In this document: one piece after another, positions 56,052 to 64,000 of the stretch | Numbering within the stretch: the stretch's first letter is position 1 | Layout: each line of letters opens with the position of its first letter | From: Rhodospirillales bacterium | Lineage (GTDB): Bacteria; Pseudomonadota; Alphaproteobacteria; Rhodospirillales; UBA2165 | Assembly (NCBI GenBank): GCA_022822205.1 | Contig: JAJECC010000099.1 | Span: 15,885 to 79,884, forward strand | Length of the DNA stretch: 64,000 nucleotides | Direction of reading: 5' to 3' | The notes under the pieces: generated by a model | Databases searched by the model: none | Seen by the model: the letters and a program-made list of their open reading frames with translations, nothing else | What the model was told of the DNA's origin: nothing | Made by a program: the position numbers and the translations under genes

Positions 56052-58801
56052 CCGTCTCCGCCGGTCCGGTCCAAGAACATAGCGGTATCACCGATTGCCC
56101 GGGCGAGGCCCACCCGTCGTACGTCGACGCCGGCGGGAAAGGCATCGAGCAGCCGCGACGGCATGGCCCGGTCCAGCATCACCAGCACGCCCTGATCCGC
56201 CGCCTGCCGGATTAGCCGGCCATAGGCCTGTTTCAGGCGCAGGCGGGTGATGGAGTCGTCGTACCGGCTGCCGCCGAAGGCCTTCTTGCGCTCCCGGTGC
56301 AGGATCGTCGGCCGCGGCCATGGAACCCGGTCATAGATCACCATCCGGAGCGACCGGCCGGGCACGTCGATCCCGTCCCGCGCCGCATCCGTTCCGAGCA
56401 GGCACGAGTCCTCGTCGGAGCGGAATATGTCGATGAGCGTGCCGATATCGAGCGGGTCCACATGCTGCGCCAGCATGGTGACGTCGTTGAGCGCGGACGC
56501 CTCGACCAGGCGGGCGTGAACGTTCCGCAGCCGGGCGATGGACGTAAAGAGGCCGAGGACGCCGCCTCCGGCGGCGAGAATGAGCTCCCGGTATGCGGCG
56601 GCGACCTGGCCGGCGTCGTTCTTGTCCACATCCGAGACGACGAAGACCCGGGTCCGGGACGGGTAGTCGAACGGCGAGGCGACGTCGAGGGTGAGAGTCT
56701 CGTCGCCCACCTTGTCGAGCCCGGTACGCAGCCGCGCCCGCGCCCAGGTCTCCGCCTCGTCGCCGCGCCCGTCCCGCAGCGTGGCCGAGGTAATCAACGC
56801 GCCGTCCGACGGCGCGATCACCGTCTCGGCGAACGGCTGGGTAGGATCCACCCAGTTGCGGTGAAGGCCGATGTCGAAATCCCGGCCGCTGATCCGCTCG
56901 ACGCTCATCCAATCGACGAAGCCTTCGGGAATTTCCCGGCCGAGGGAGGTCAGCATGTCGCGCCAGGCGCCCACCTGAACGACGCCGCGGCGCTCCAGGG
57001 ACCGGGCGACCGCCTCCACCCGCTGCCGGGTCGCGGTGTCGAGATCGTCGGCCTGGTGGTCGAGCTGCCGCGCCAAACAGCCGATCAGCACCCGGGCCGG
57101 GCGCTCGATTTCCTTAAGTGCGTCGAGCAGTTCGAGGGCCGCGCCGGCCATGCCGTCGACGGGCGGCGCGGCATCGGTCTCCAGGCCGTAGGGACTGTCC
57201 GCATTCCTGTCCCGGGCGTAGACCTGCTGGCGGACCAGCCGGAGAAAGTTCTCCGCCGGCCCGACCGGATTGCCCTCGGTCAGCCGGGTCATCCAGCCGG
57301 GGCCCGGCAGGGTCCGCGCCGCTTGAAGCAGTTCCCCGAGGGCCGCGAGGGCGGCCTCGTCCTCGCCGATCAGATCCTCGATCCGGGCTTTCAGGCCGCG
57401 GGAGCGGGAGCTCCGGCGGCCTTCGGCGCCCAGAAACCAGCGCCGGAGTTCGGCGGTTTCCCCGCCGCTCAGATGCGCCGAAAACGCGGAATCGGCGGCA
57501 TCGAATATGTGATGTCCCTCGTCGAAGACGTACCGGGCCGGCCGGTAGGCCTCATCGCCGCCGAGGGCGGCCTGGACCATCACCAGCGCATGGTTGGCGA
57601 CGACGATTTTGGCCCGGCGGGCGCGGCGCACGGTCCGTTCGATGAAGCATTTGGAGAAATGCGAGCAGGCGGAATAGATGCACTCGCCGCGCCGGTCGGT
57701 GAGCCCCATGGCGGCGGGAAAGCCAAGGAGATCCGGCAGCCAGGACGGAAAATCTCCGCCGATCATGTCGCCGTCACGGGTCGCGCCGATCCATCTCGCC
57801 AATAGACCCATGCCGATGGCGGACCCGGTGTCGGCCGATAGCCGGCTCACGGCTTCTTCGAAGTTCAGCAGGCACAGGTAGTTCTCCCGGCCTTTCCGGA
57901 TCACCGCCCGCAGCGGTTTCTCCGTCGGGTTCGGATAGACCCGGTCGAGTTCGCCATCCAGCTGGCGCTGCAGGTTCCGGGTATAGGTGCTGACCCACAC
58001 GGTCCCGTCGTTCCTGTCCGCCCACAGACTGGCCGGCGCCAGATAGCCCAGCGTCTTGCCGACCCCGGTGCCCGCCTGGGCGAGCACCGTCCGGGGGTGG
58101 TCCGCTTGGTCGACGGGGTCGAACGCGCGGGTGATCTCACGGGTGAACAGGACCTGTTGGGGACGCGCCTCCGCCCGGGCGCCAAGCGCCGTCGTCAATT
58201 GTGCTTCGGCTTCATCCGGGCTCACCGGAAGATGGCCGGGCTGCGGCGGCGGCGCGTGCTCGGACCATTCGGGCAGGTCCCGCCAGGCCCGGAAGGCATC
58301 GGCCGGGTTTGCCGCCCGGTGTTTGGCATCGCCGTTCCCGCCGCCGAGCGCCGCCAGCACCGAGGCTGCCCACGGCCAGCCGGCCCGGCCCATGGACCAG
58401 GCGATGCCTTCGGCATCGGCGGAGGCGCCGGACAATCCGCGGTGCAGGTGTTCGACCGCTTGGATGAGGGTCGCGGCCTGGTCTTCCAGACCTGCCGGCT
58501 CCGGCAGGCCGAGAAATCGCGCAATGCCCAGCGGGGTCGGGGTACAGAACTTCGCCGGGTGCACGAAGGCCAGCAGTTCCAGGACATCGAGGGCGGGGAA
58601 GGGTTCGCTGCTCAAATGGGCCGACGTCGCTTTGGCATGGCACACGACCGGCATGGTCCTAAACGCGTTCGCTGCCGCGTCCCGGCTCGACAGCGTTTCG
58701 ATTTCGCCATCGGGGGTGAGCCACACGGCGCCGGCGTGGTTTGCGACCAGAACGGGCGCGAGCGGCAGTTTCAGCGGCGTCGAGGAGGTTTCATCGGGCA
58801 T
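56048..58801 (-). CDS. DinG/Rad3-like ATP-dependent DNA helicase with long N-terminal extension
   Basis: True start [10 protein letters not shown] (58799-58801), inside the 1069-aa track ORF. Walker [13 protein letters not shown]-type VFDEGHH, and FeS-like Cys cluster (YLCLLNF...[14 protein letters not shown]). Confidence 0.8.
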   Translation of the reverse strand: MPDETSSTPLKLPLAPVLVANHAGAVWLTPDGEIETLSSRDAAANAFRTMPVVCHAKATSAHLSSEPFPALDVLELLAFVHPAKFCTPTPLGIARFLGLPEPAGLEDQAATLIQAVEHLHRGLSGASADAEGIAWSMGRAGWPWAASVLAALGGGNGDAKHRAANPADAFRAWRDLPEWSEHAPPPQPGHLPVSPDEAEAQLTTALGARAEARPQQVLFTREITRAFDPVDQADHPRTVLAQAGTGVGKTLGYLAPASLWADRNDGTVWVSTYTRNLQRQLDGELDRVYPNPTEKPLRAVIRKGRENYLCLLNFEEAVSRLSADTGSAIGMGLLARWIGATRDGDMIGGDFPSWLPDLLGFPAAMGLTDRRGECIYSACSHFSKCFIERTVRRARRAKIVVANHALVMVQAALGGDEAYRPARYVFDEGHHIFDAADSAFSAHLSGGETAELRRWFLGAEGRRSSRSRGLKARIEDLIGEDEAALAALGELLQAARTLPGPGWMTRLTEGNPVGPAENFLRLVRQQVYARDRNADSPYGLETDAAPPVDGMAGAALELLDALKEIERPARVLIGCLARQLDHQADDLDTATRQRVEAVARSLERRGVVQVGAWRDMLTSLGREIPEGFVDWMSVERISGRDFDIGLHRNWVDPTQPFAETVIAPSDGALITSATLRDGRGDEAETWARARLRTGLDKVGDETLTLDVASPFDYPSRTRVFVVSDVDKNDAGQVAAAYRELILAAGGGVLGLFTSIARLRNVHARLVEASALNDVTMLAQHVDPLDIGTLIDIFRSDEDSCLLGTDAARDGIDVPGRSLRMVIYDRVPWPRPTILHRERKKAFGGSRYDDSITRLRLKQAYGRLIRQAADQGVLVMLDRAMPSRLLDAFPAGVDVRRVGLARAIGDTAMFLDRTGGDG

Positions 58802-58961
58802 GGAGCAGCCACTATACCCGCCCAACCGGGCCGCTGCATCGCTAAGAATCCCCGGATATACGGTCTCGCGTTCCGGCCTGTCGCCCGTGTTGACGGATGA
58901 CGCGGCGGCGCTTAGGTTCCGCGCTCTGACGCCGCTGGAGACAACGGGAAACCCGGAACCG

Positions 58962-60548
58962 ATGAGCGAGTTTCGCGAATTTGCGCACCAATCCAACGCC
59001 TGGCCGTTCGCCGAGGCGCGGAGCCTGCAGAAGCGCCTGGACGGCAAGCTGCCGGACAAGGGCCATGTGCTGTTCGAGACCGGTTTCGGTCCTTCGGGCC
59101 TGCCCCATATCGGGACCTTTGGAGAGGTGGCCAGGACCACAATGGTTCGCCATGCCTTTGAGGAACTGACCGGCTTCGAAACCCATCTGATCACTTTCTC
59201 GGACGATATGGATGGCCTCCGAAAGATACCGGACAACATCCCCAATCCGGAAACCATCGAGCCGCATCTTGGGAAGCCGCTGACGGATATTCCCGACCCG
59301 TTCGGGACTCACGAGAGTTTCGGCGCCCACAACAACGCCCGGCTCCGGGCATTTCTCGACGAGTTCGAATTCGACTACGAGTTCAAGAGTTCCACCGAAT
59401 GTTACGAGTCGGGACAGTTCGACGAGACCCTCCTCAAGGTGCTGTCGAATTACGAAAAGGTCATCAATGTCATTTTGCCGACCTTGGGTCCGGAGCGGCG
59501 CGCCACCTACAGCCCCTTCCTGCCGGTCTGTCCGAAGACCGGCGTGGTTCTGCAGGTGCCGATCGTTGAATGGGACGAGGAGGCGGGCACTGTCATCTAC
59601 GAGGACGAGAACGGAAGCAGGGTCGAAGTGCCGGTCACCGGCGGCCACTGCAAACTGCAATGGAAGGCCGACTGGGCCATGCGCTGGGTGGCGCTCGATG
59701 TCGACTACGAAATGTCGGGCAAGGACCTGATCGATTCCGTCAGGCTGTCGGGCAAGATCGCCCGCATCCTCGGTGCGATGCCACCCACCGGTTTTACGTA
59801 CGAGCTGTTCCTCGACGATATCGGGGAAAAAATCTCCAAGTCCCGGGGCAACGGAATGACCATCGACGAGTGGCTGCGTTATGCGCCGCCCGAGAGCCTG
59901 AGCCAGTTCATGTATCAGAAGCCGACGAAGGCCAAACGGTTGTACTTCGACGTCATCCCGCGAGCGGTCGACGAATATTTGGGCAATGTCGACAGCCTTC
60001 TCAATATGCCGCCGGAGAGGCAGCTGGACAATCCCGCCTGGCACATCCACGGCGGCAAGCCGCCGGCCGAACGGGCTCACATCCGGTTCAATGTTCTTTT
60101 GAACCTGGCGGCGGTGTGCAACACCGAGGACAAGTCGGTGCTGTGGCATTTCATCTCCCGCTATCGCCCCGGCGCGACGCCGGAGACGGCCCCGATCCTG
60201 GATAAGCTGGTCGAGTACGCCATCAACTATTTCCAGGATTTCGTGAAGCCCGAGAAGTCCTACCGGGCGCCGACGGAGATGGAGCGTGATGCGTTGAGCG
60301 ATCTCTCGGAGACCCTCGCCGGGATGGCGGCGGACGCGGACGCCGAAACCATCCAGACCGAAATATACGAGGTCGGCAAACGGCATGATTTCGAAGACCT
60401 CAAGAGCTGGTTCCGGAGCCTCTACGAGACCCTCCTCGGCCAGTCCACCGGCCCGCGCATGGGTTCGTTCATCGCGCTCTATGGGATCGAGGAGACCCGG
60501 ACGCTGATCGGGAAGGCGCTGGCGGGCGAAGATCTCAACATGGAGTAA
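58962..60548 (+). CDS. lysK: class I lysyl-tRNA synthetase
   Basis: ATG 58962 ([16 protein letters not shown]...). Motifs [10 protein letters not shown] (HIGH-like) and KISKSRGNG (KMSKS-like). 528 aa. Confidence 0.88.
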   Translation: MSEFREFAHQSNAWPFAEARSLQKRLDGKLPDKGHVLFETGFGPSGLPHIGTFGEVARTTMVRHAFEELTGFETHLITFSDDMDGLRKIPDNIPNPETIEPHLGKPLTDIPDPFGTHESFGAHNNARLRAFLDEFEFDYEFKSSTECYESGQFDETLLKVLSNYEKVINVILPTLGPERRATYSPFLPVCPKTGVVLQVPIVEWDEEAGTVIYEDENGSRVEVPVTGGHCKLQWKADWAMRWVALDVDYEMSGKDLIDSVRLSGKIARILGAMPPTGFTYELFLDDIGEKISKSRGNGMTIDEWLRYAPPESLSQFMYQKPTKAKRLYFDVIPRAVDEYLGNVDSLLNMPPERQLDNPAWHIHGGKPPAERAHIRFNVLLNLAAVCNTEDKSVLWHFISRYRPGATPETAPILDKLVEYAINYFQDFVKPEKSYRAPTEMERDALSDLSETLAGMAADADAETIQTEIYEVGKRHDFEDLKSWFRSLYETLLGQSTGPRMGSFIALYGIEETRTLIGKALAGEDLNME

Positions 60549-60555
60549 TGTCCCG

Positions 60556-61155
60556 ATGATCCTCTACGACGACCCGATATCCGGAAACGGCTACAAGGTG
60601 CGCCTCGCCATGGCCCAGTTGGGTGTCGACTGCGAACTGATCGAGGTCGATATCCTCAAGGGCGAGACCCGGACGCCGAAGTTTCTCCGGCTCAACCCCA
60701 ACGGCAAGATCCCGACCCTGTTGCTGGACGACGGGCGGGCGCTGTCCGAATCCAATGCCATCCTCTACTACCTCGCCAGCGGTTCGCCGCTATGGCCGGA
60801 CGATCTCTATGGCCAGGCCGATGTCCTCAGGTGGATGAACTTCGAACAATACAGCCATGAGCCCTATGTCGCCGTCGCCCGGTTCATGCTTCATCAGCCC
60901 GATCCGCCGGACCCGGCGGTTTTGGCCGAGAAGCAGGAGCGCGGTTACGCCGCGTTGGATGTGATGGACGGGCACTTGAAATCCCATGAGTTTTTTGCCG
61001 CCGGCCGGTATTCCATCGCCGACATCGCCCTCTATGCCTACACCCATGTGGCGGACGAAGGCGGGTTCGATCTCGGCAAATACGATGCGGTCAACCGATG
61101 GCTGGAAAGCGTCCGCGGCCGGCCCGGCTACGTCCCGATGGCGCCCGCGGATTAG
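60556..61155 (+). CDS. glutathione S-transferase
   Basis: 199 aa. N-terminal thioredoxin-like GST fold (LNPNGKIPTLLLDDGRALSESNAILYYLA). Confidence 0.85.
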   Translation: MILYDDPISGNGYKVRLAMAQLGVDCELIEVDILKGETRTPKFLRLNPNGKIPTLLLDDGRALSESNAILYYLASGSPLWPDDLYGQADVLRWMNFEQYSHEPYVAVARFMLHQPDPPDPAVLAEKQERGYAALDVMDGHLKSHEFFAAGRYSIADIALYAYTHVADEGGFDLGKYDAVNRWLESVRGRPGYVPMAPAD

Positions 61156-62012
61156 CGGGCGTTGCGGGCAAACTCCCAGTACAGTTCGCGGGCGCGGCGG
61201 AAGACGGGTCCCGGCTGCAGGTCCCGATCATCGAGCCTGATGCAGGGCAGCACCTTGGAATAGTTGCCGGTGGAGAACAGCTCGTCCGCCTTGGCGAGTT
61301 CGTCATAGCCGATGGCCCGCTCGATCACTTCCACGCCGTCATCCCGCAATAGCCGTACGATCCGCTGGCGGGTGAGCCCGTTCAGGAAGGTGCCGTTGGG
61401 GGCAGGCGTATGAACGACCCCATCGGAGACCATGAACAGATTGGTGTAGGCGAACTCGGCGACATTGCCCGACGGGTCGAGGACCACGCCCGTGTTGTAC
61501 CCTTTGTCACGGGCCTCGCGGACGGCACGGGCCACATTGGGGTAAAGGCAGGAAGCCTTGGCGTCGGTCGGCGCCTGGTCCTGCGCCGGGCGGCGGATGG
61601 CGGTCCGGCAGGCGGTGAGGCCGGCCGGTTCGGGCAGGGGGGCGCGATAGATGGAGACCAGGAATTTGGTGGACTCCGGATCGGGGACGACAAATCCCTC
61701 CTCCGCCCAGATCATGGGGCAGATATAAAGCTCGGCATCGTCTTCGAACTTGCCGATGCCTTCGCGGGCAAGGGCGACGAACTCTTCCGCCGGAACGGGC
61801 GAGACCATCCCCAGCGCCTCGGCGGACCGGGCAACCCGCGCGCAATGGGGTTCCAGGTCCGGTGCGCCGCCGAGCATGGCCCGGGCGCCGTCGAACACGA
61901 TCGACGACAGCCACATGGCGTTGCTGTCAGGGCCCAGGACCTTGGGCGAACCGTCGTGCCAGTCGCCATCGACAAATGTAATGCTGTCGCCGATATATCC
62001 CTTGGCCATCAC
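61152..62012 (-). CDS. class IV aminotransferase (branched-chain amino acid / D-amino acid aminotransferase family)
   Basis: 286 aa. Family blocks (KASCLYPN, EFAYTNLFMV, LNGLTRQ). Confidence 0.75.
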   Translation of the reverse strand: MMAKGYIGDSITFVDGDWHDGSPKVLGPDSNAMWLSSIVFDGARAMLGGAPDLEPHCARVARSAEALGMVSPVPAEEFVALAREGIGKFEDDAELYICPMIWAEEGFVVPDPESTKFLVSIYRAPLPEPAGLTACRTAIRRPAQDQAPTDAKASCLYPNVARAVREARDKGYNTGVVLDPSGNVAEFAYTNLFMVSDGVVHTPAPNGTFLNGLTRQRIVRLLRDDGVEVIERAIGYDELAKADELFSTGNYSKVLPCIRLDDRDLQPGPVFRRARELYWEFARNAR

Positions 62013-62054
62013 CGTATCCTTCCTGGTAGCAAGCTATTGTCGTTTCGCGAGAGG

Positions 62055-62522
62055 TTATCGCCTCTCGGCAAAGAAATCCTTCAATAATGCAGCCGCCTCC
62101 CGTTCGGCGATACCGCCGTAGACCTCCGGCGCATGACGACAGCCCGGCTGTTGGAAAATGCGCGGACCATGATCGACGCCGCCGCCTTTGGGGTCAAACG
62201 CCCCGAAGTAGAGGTTGCGGATGCGGGCGAATGAGATGGCCTGCGCGCACATGGGGCACGGCTCCAGGGTGACGTAGAGATCGCAGTCCGGGAGACGTGC
62301 CGCCCCGGTTACGCCGCAGGCTTCGCGAATGGCCAGCATCTCGGCATGGGCGGTCGGATCATTGTCACGCTCGACCCGGTTGTGGGCGCGGGCGACGATT
62401 TTGCCGCCCCGGACGATTACCGCGCCGACCGGGACCTCGCCCGCCGATCGCGCGTCTTCCGCCTCTTTGAGGGCCGCCGCCATATGGGGACCGGCGGCGG
62501 CGGCTTGTTTGTCCTGCGTCAT
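62055..62522 (-). CDS. tadA: tRNA adenosine(34) deaminase
   Basis: Start MTQDKQAAAAG (62520-62522). Zinc motifs HAEMLAIREA and PCPMCAQA. Confidence 0.88.
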   Translation of the reverse strand: MTQDKQAAAAGPHMAAALKEAEDARSAGEVPVGAVIVRGGKIVARAHNRVERDNDPTAHAEMLAIREACGVTGAARLPDCDLYVTLEPCPMCAQAISFARIRNLYFGAFDPKGGGVDHGPRIFQQPGCRHAPEVYGGIAEREAAALLKDFFAERR

Positions 62523-62616
62523 GCCGAGACAGTGTCGCCCGGCCCGCGCCACGTCAAGCCGGGGCCCCGGCCGCCGCGAGATTGCACGCAATTCCCGGCG
62601 GGCCTAAAGTGCGGCC

Positions 62617-63345
62617 ATGACCGAGACCCTGGAAACGCCGGTCATCGGCATTACCGTCGATGCCGAGGAGAGCGGCGCGTACTCCAAATATCCGTGGTAT
62701 GCGCTGCGCCGGAATTATGCCGACGCCGTGGTGAAGGCGGGCGGCCTGCCCTTGCTGCTGCCCAACGAGCCGGGTCTTGCCGGGGACTATCTCCGCCGGA
62801 TCGACGGGCTGCTGGTGACCGGGGGCCACTTCGATGTGGATCCCGGCCTGTACGGCGAGACCGAACGCCACGATACGGTCATCCTGAAGGAACGGCGCAC
62901 GGATTTCGAATTGGCGGTCACCAAGGGCGCCCTGGCGCGGGACACGCCCGTCCTCGGTATCTGCGGCGGCCAGCAGTTGCTGGCCGTCGCGCTCGGCGGC
63001 ACCCTGATCCAGCATATTCCCGATGCGGTCCCGGCGGCGCTGGCGCACGAGCAGCCCAATCCCCGGCACGAGGCGGGGCATGATGTCCAAATTGTCGACG
63101 GCACCAAGTTGCGGGAGATCGTCGGCGTGGCCCGCATGTCGGTCAATTCCGCCCACCATCAGGCGGTCAAGGACCTGCCTGGCGACGCCGTGGTCAATGC
63201 GGCCGCCGAGGACGGCGTGATCGAGGGGATCGAGGCCCCGCGCGAAAAATTCTGCATCGGCGTCCAGTGGCACCCGGAGTTCGAGGTCGACGCGGCCGAT
63301 ATCCGGATTTTCGCCGCTTTCGTCGATGCCGCCCGTCATGGCTAA
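62617..63345 (+). CDS. class I glutamine amidotransferase, gamma-glutamyl-GABA hydrolase-like (peptidase C26)
   Basis: 242 aa. Nucleophile elbow GICGGQQLL. His/Glu in GVQWHPE. Confidence 0.8.
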   Translation: MTETLETPVIGITVDAEESGAYSKYPWYALRRNYADAVVKAGGLPLLLPNEPGLAGDYLRRIDGLLVTGGHFDVDPGLYGETERHDTVILKERRTDFELAVTKGALARDTPVLGICGGQQLLAVALGGTLIQHIPDAVPAALAHEQPNPRHEAGHDVQIVDGTKLREIVGVARMSVNSAHHQAVKDLPGDAVVNAAAEDGVIEGIEAPREKFCIGVQWHPEFEVDAADIRIFAAFVDAARHG

Positions 63346-64000
63346 GGCCGCCGGAGACCGGCCGGGGCCCCATCCCGGCGAGCGTATCGCCAAGGTGCTG
63401 GCCCGCGCCGGCATCTGCTCCCGCCGCCAGGCCGAGAGACTTATCGGTCAGGGCCGGGTCGCGGTCGACGGGGAAGTGCTGCGCTCACCGGCCCGCAACG
63501 TCACCGGCGGAAATCTCATCACCGTCGACGGCGAAACCGTCGGCGGCCAGGCGCCCATCCGCCTGTGGCGTCATCACAAAGTCAGCGGCGTGCTGACCAC
63601 CCACAATGACCCGCAGGGGCGCCCGACCGTCTTCGAGCGTCTGCCCGATCATATGCCGCGGGTCATTTCGGTCGGACGCCTCGATCTGAACTCGGAGGGC
63701 CTGTTGCTGCTGACCAACGATGGCGACGTCGCGCGGCACCTGGAGTTGCCGTCGACGGGATGGGTGCGGCGCTATCGGGTGCGGGTCCACGGCCGGGTCG
63801 ATGATTCCCGGTTGGCCGGTCTCGCCGGGGGTATCGAGGTGGACGGCGTCGCCTATCGAGGCGTCGATGCGTCGCTTGACCGGCAACAAGGCGCCAATGC
63901 CTGGCTGACAGTCTCTCTCCGCGAAGGCAAGAACAAGGAAATTCGGAAACTCATGGAGTACTTGGGATGGCCGGTGAACCGTTTGATTCGAACGGCTTAC
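63338..64000 (+). CDS. pseudouridine synthase, RsuA/RluB family (3'-truncated by window end)
   Basis: ATG 63338 overlaps the upstream stop. S4 domain ERIAKVLARAGICSRRQAERLI. Catalytic GRLDLNSEGLLLLTNDG. The frame is open to the window edge. Confidence 0.85.
   Translation, partial: MAKAAGDRPGPHPGERIAKVLARAGICSRRQAERLIGQGRVAVDGEVLRSPARNVTGGNLITVDGETVGGQAPIRLWRHHKVSGVLTTHNDPQGRPTVFERLPDHMPRVISVGRLDLNSEGLLLLTNDGDVARHLELPSTGWVRRYRVRVHGRVDDSRLAGLAGGIEVDGVAYRGVDASLDRQQGANAWLTVSLREGKNKEIRKLMEYLGWPVNRLIRTAY

Noticed and set aside
56048-58801. DinG-like helicase as a phage-defence component
   Set aside because: There are no adjacent nuclease, CRISPR or sensor genes. It is divergent from lysK in a core-looking context with normal GC.
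58056-58961. 5' extensions making lysK 830 aa and the helicase 1069 aa (mutually overlapping)
   Set aside because: The two extensions overlap each other on opposite strands. Family similarity starts at ATG 58962 (lysK) and ATG 58801 (helicase), leaving a normal 160-bp divergent promoter region.

Overview
High-GC chromosomal segment (about 65-72% GC on the lines I counted by hand). It looks alphaproteobacterial: GcrA, class-I LysRS, plant-type GshA, TRAP and TTT transporters, a SAM-II-like leader, and CIRCE at groESL. A Rhodospirillales-like origin is only a guess. There are about 65 densely packed protein genes, mostly housekeeping. They include a TRAP transporter, folE, rpsD, gluQ, gcrA, purD, xseA and a five-gene lipid A/Kdo operon (msbA, DUF374, waaA, lpxK, lpxL-like). 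They also include pmbA, ubiD, an acyl-CoA dehydrogenase and ligase, TctC with a fused TctA-TctB, ubiA, rsmE, gshA, tldD, metZ-rhodanese, groESL, a DinG-like helicase, lysK and tadA. I saw no rRNA, tRNA, CRISPR array, transposase or integrase. Two short AT-richer islets stand out. The first, at about 2.8-4.0 kb, carries an HTH-DUF433 gene and a frameshifted PIN-like gene. The second, at about 46.2-48.1 kb, carries a GH108-like muramidase with two peptidoglycan-binding modules and no signal peptide, next to a small Cys-containing secreted protein. Non-coding signals are: a Zur-like palindrome plus mutually exclusive hairpins ahead of folE; a SAM-II-like element, terminator and promoter ahead of metZ; a degenerate CIRCE at groES; two DnaA-box-like 9-mers that recur exactly upstream of gcrA and in a 270-bp convergent gap; and a 25-bp tandem repeat between ubiD and an acyl-CoA dehydrogenase gene. 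I do not see a convincing new multi-gene system, so the best candidates carry modest scores. Many long ORFs in the track are antisense or out-of-frame artefacts of high GC. All family calls come from motif recognition by eye, not from searches.
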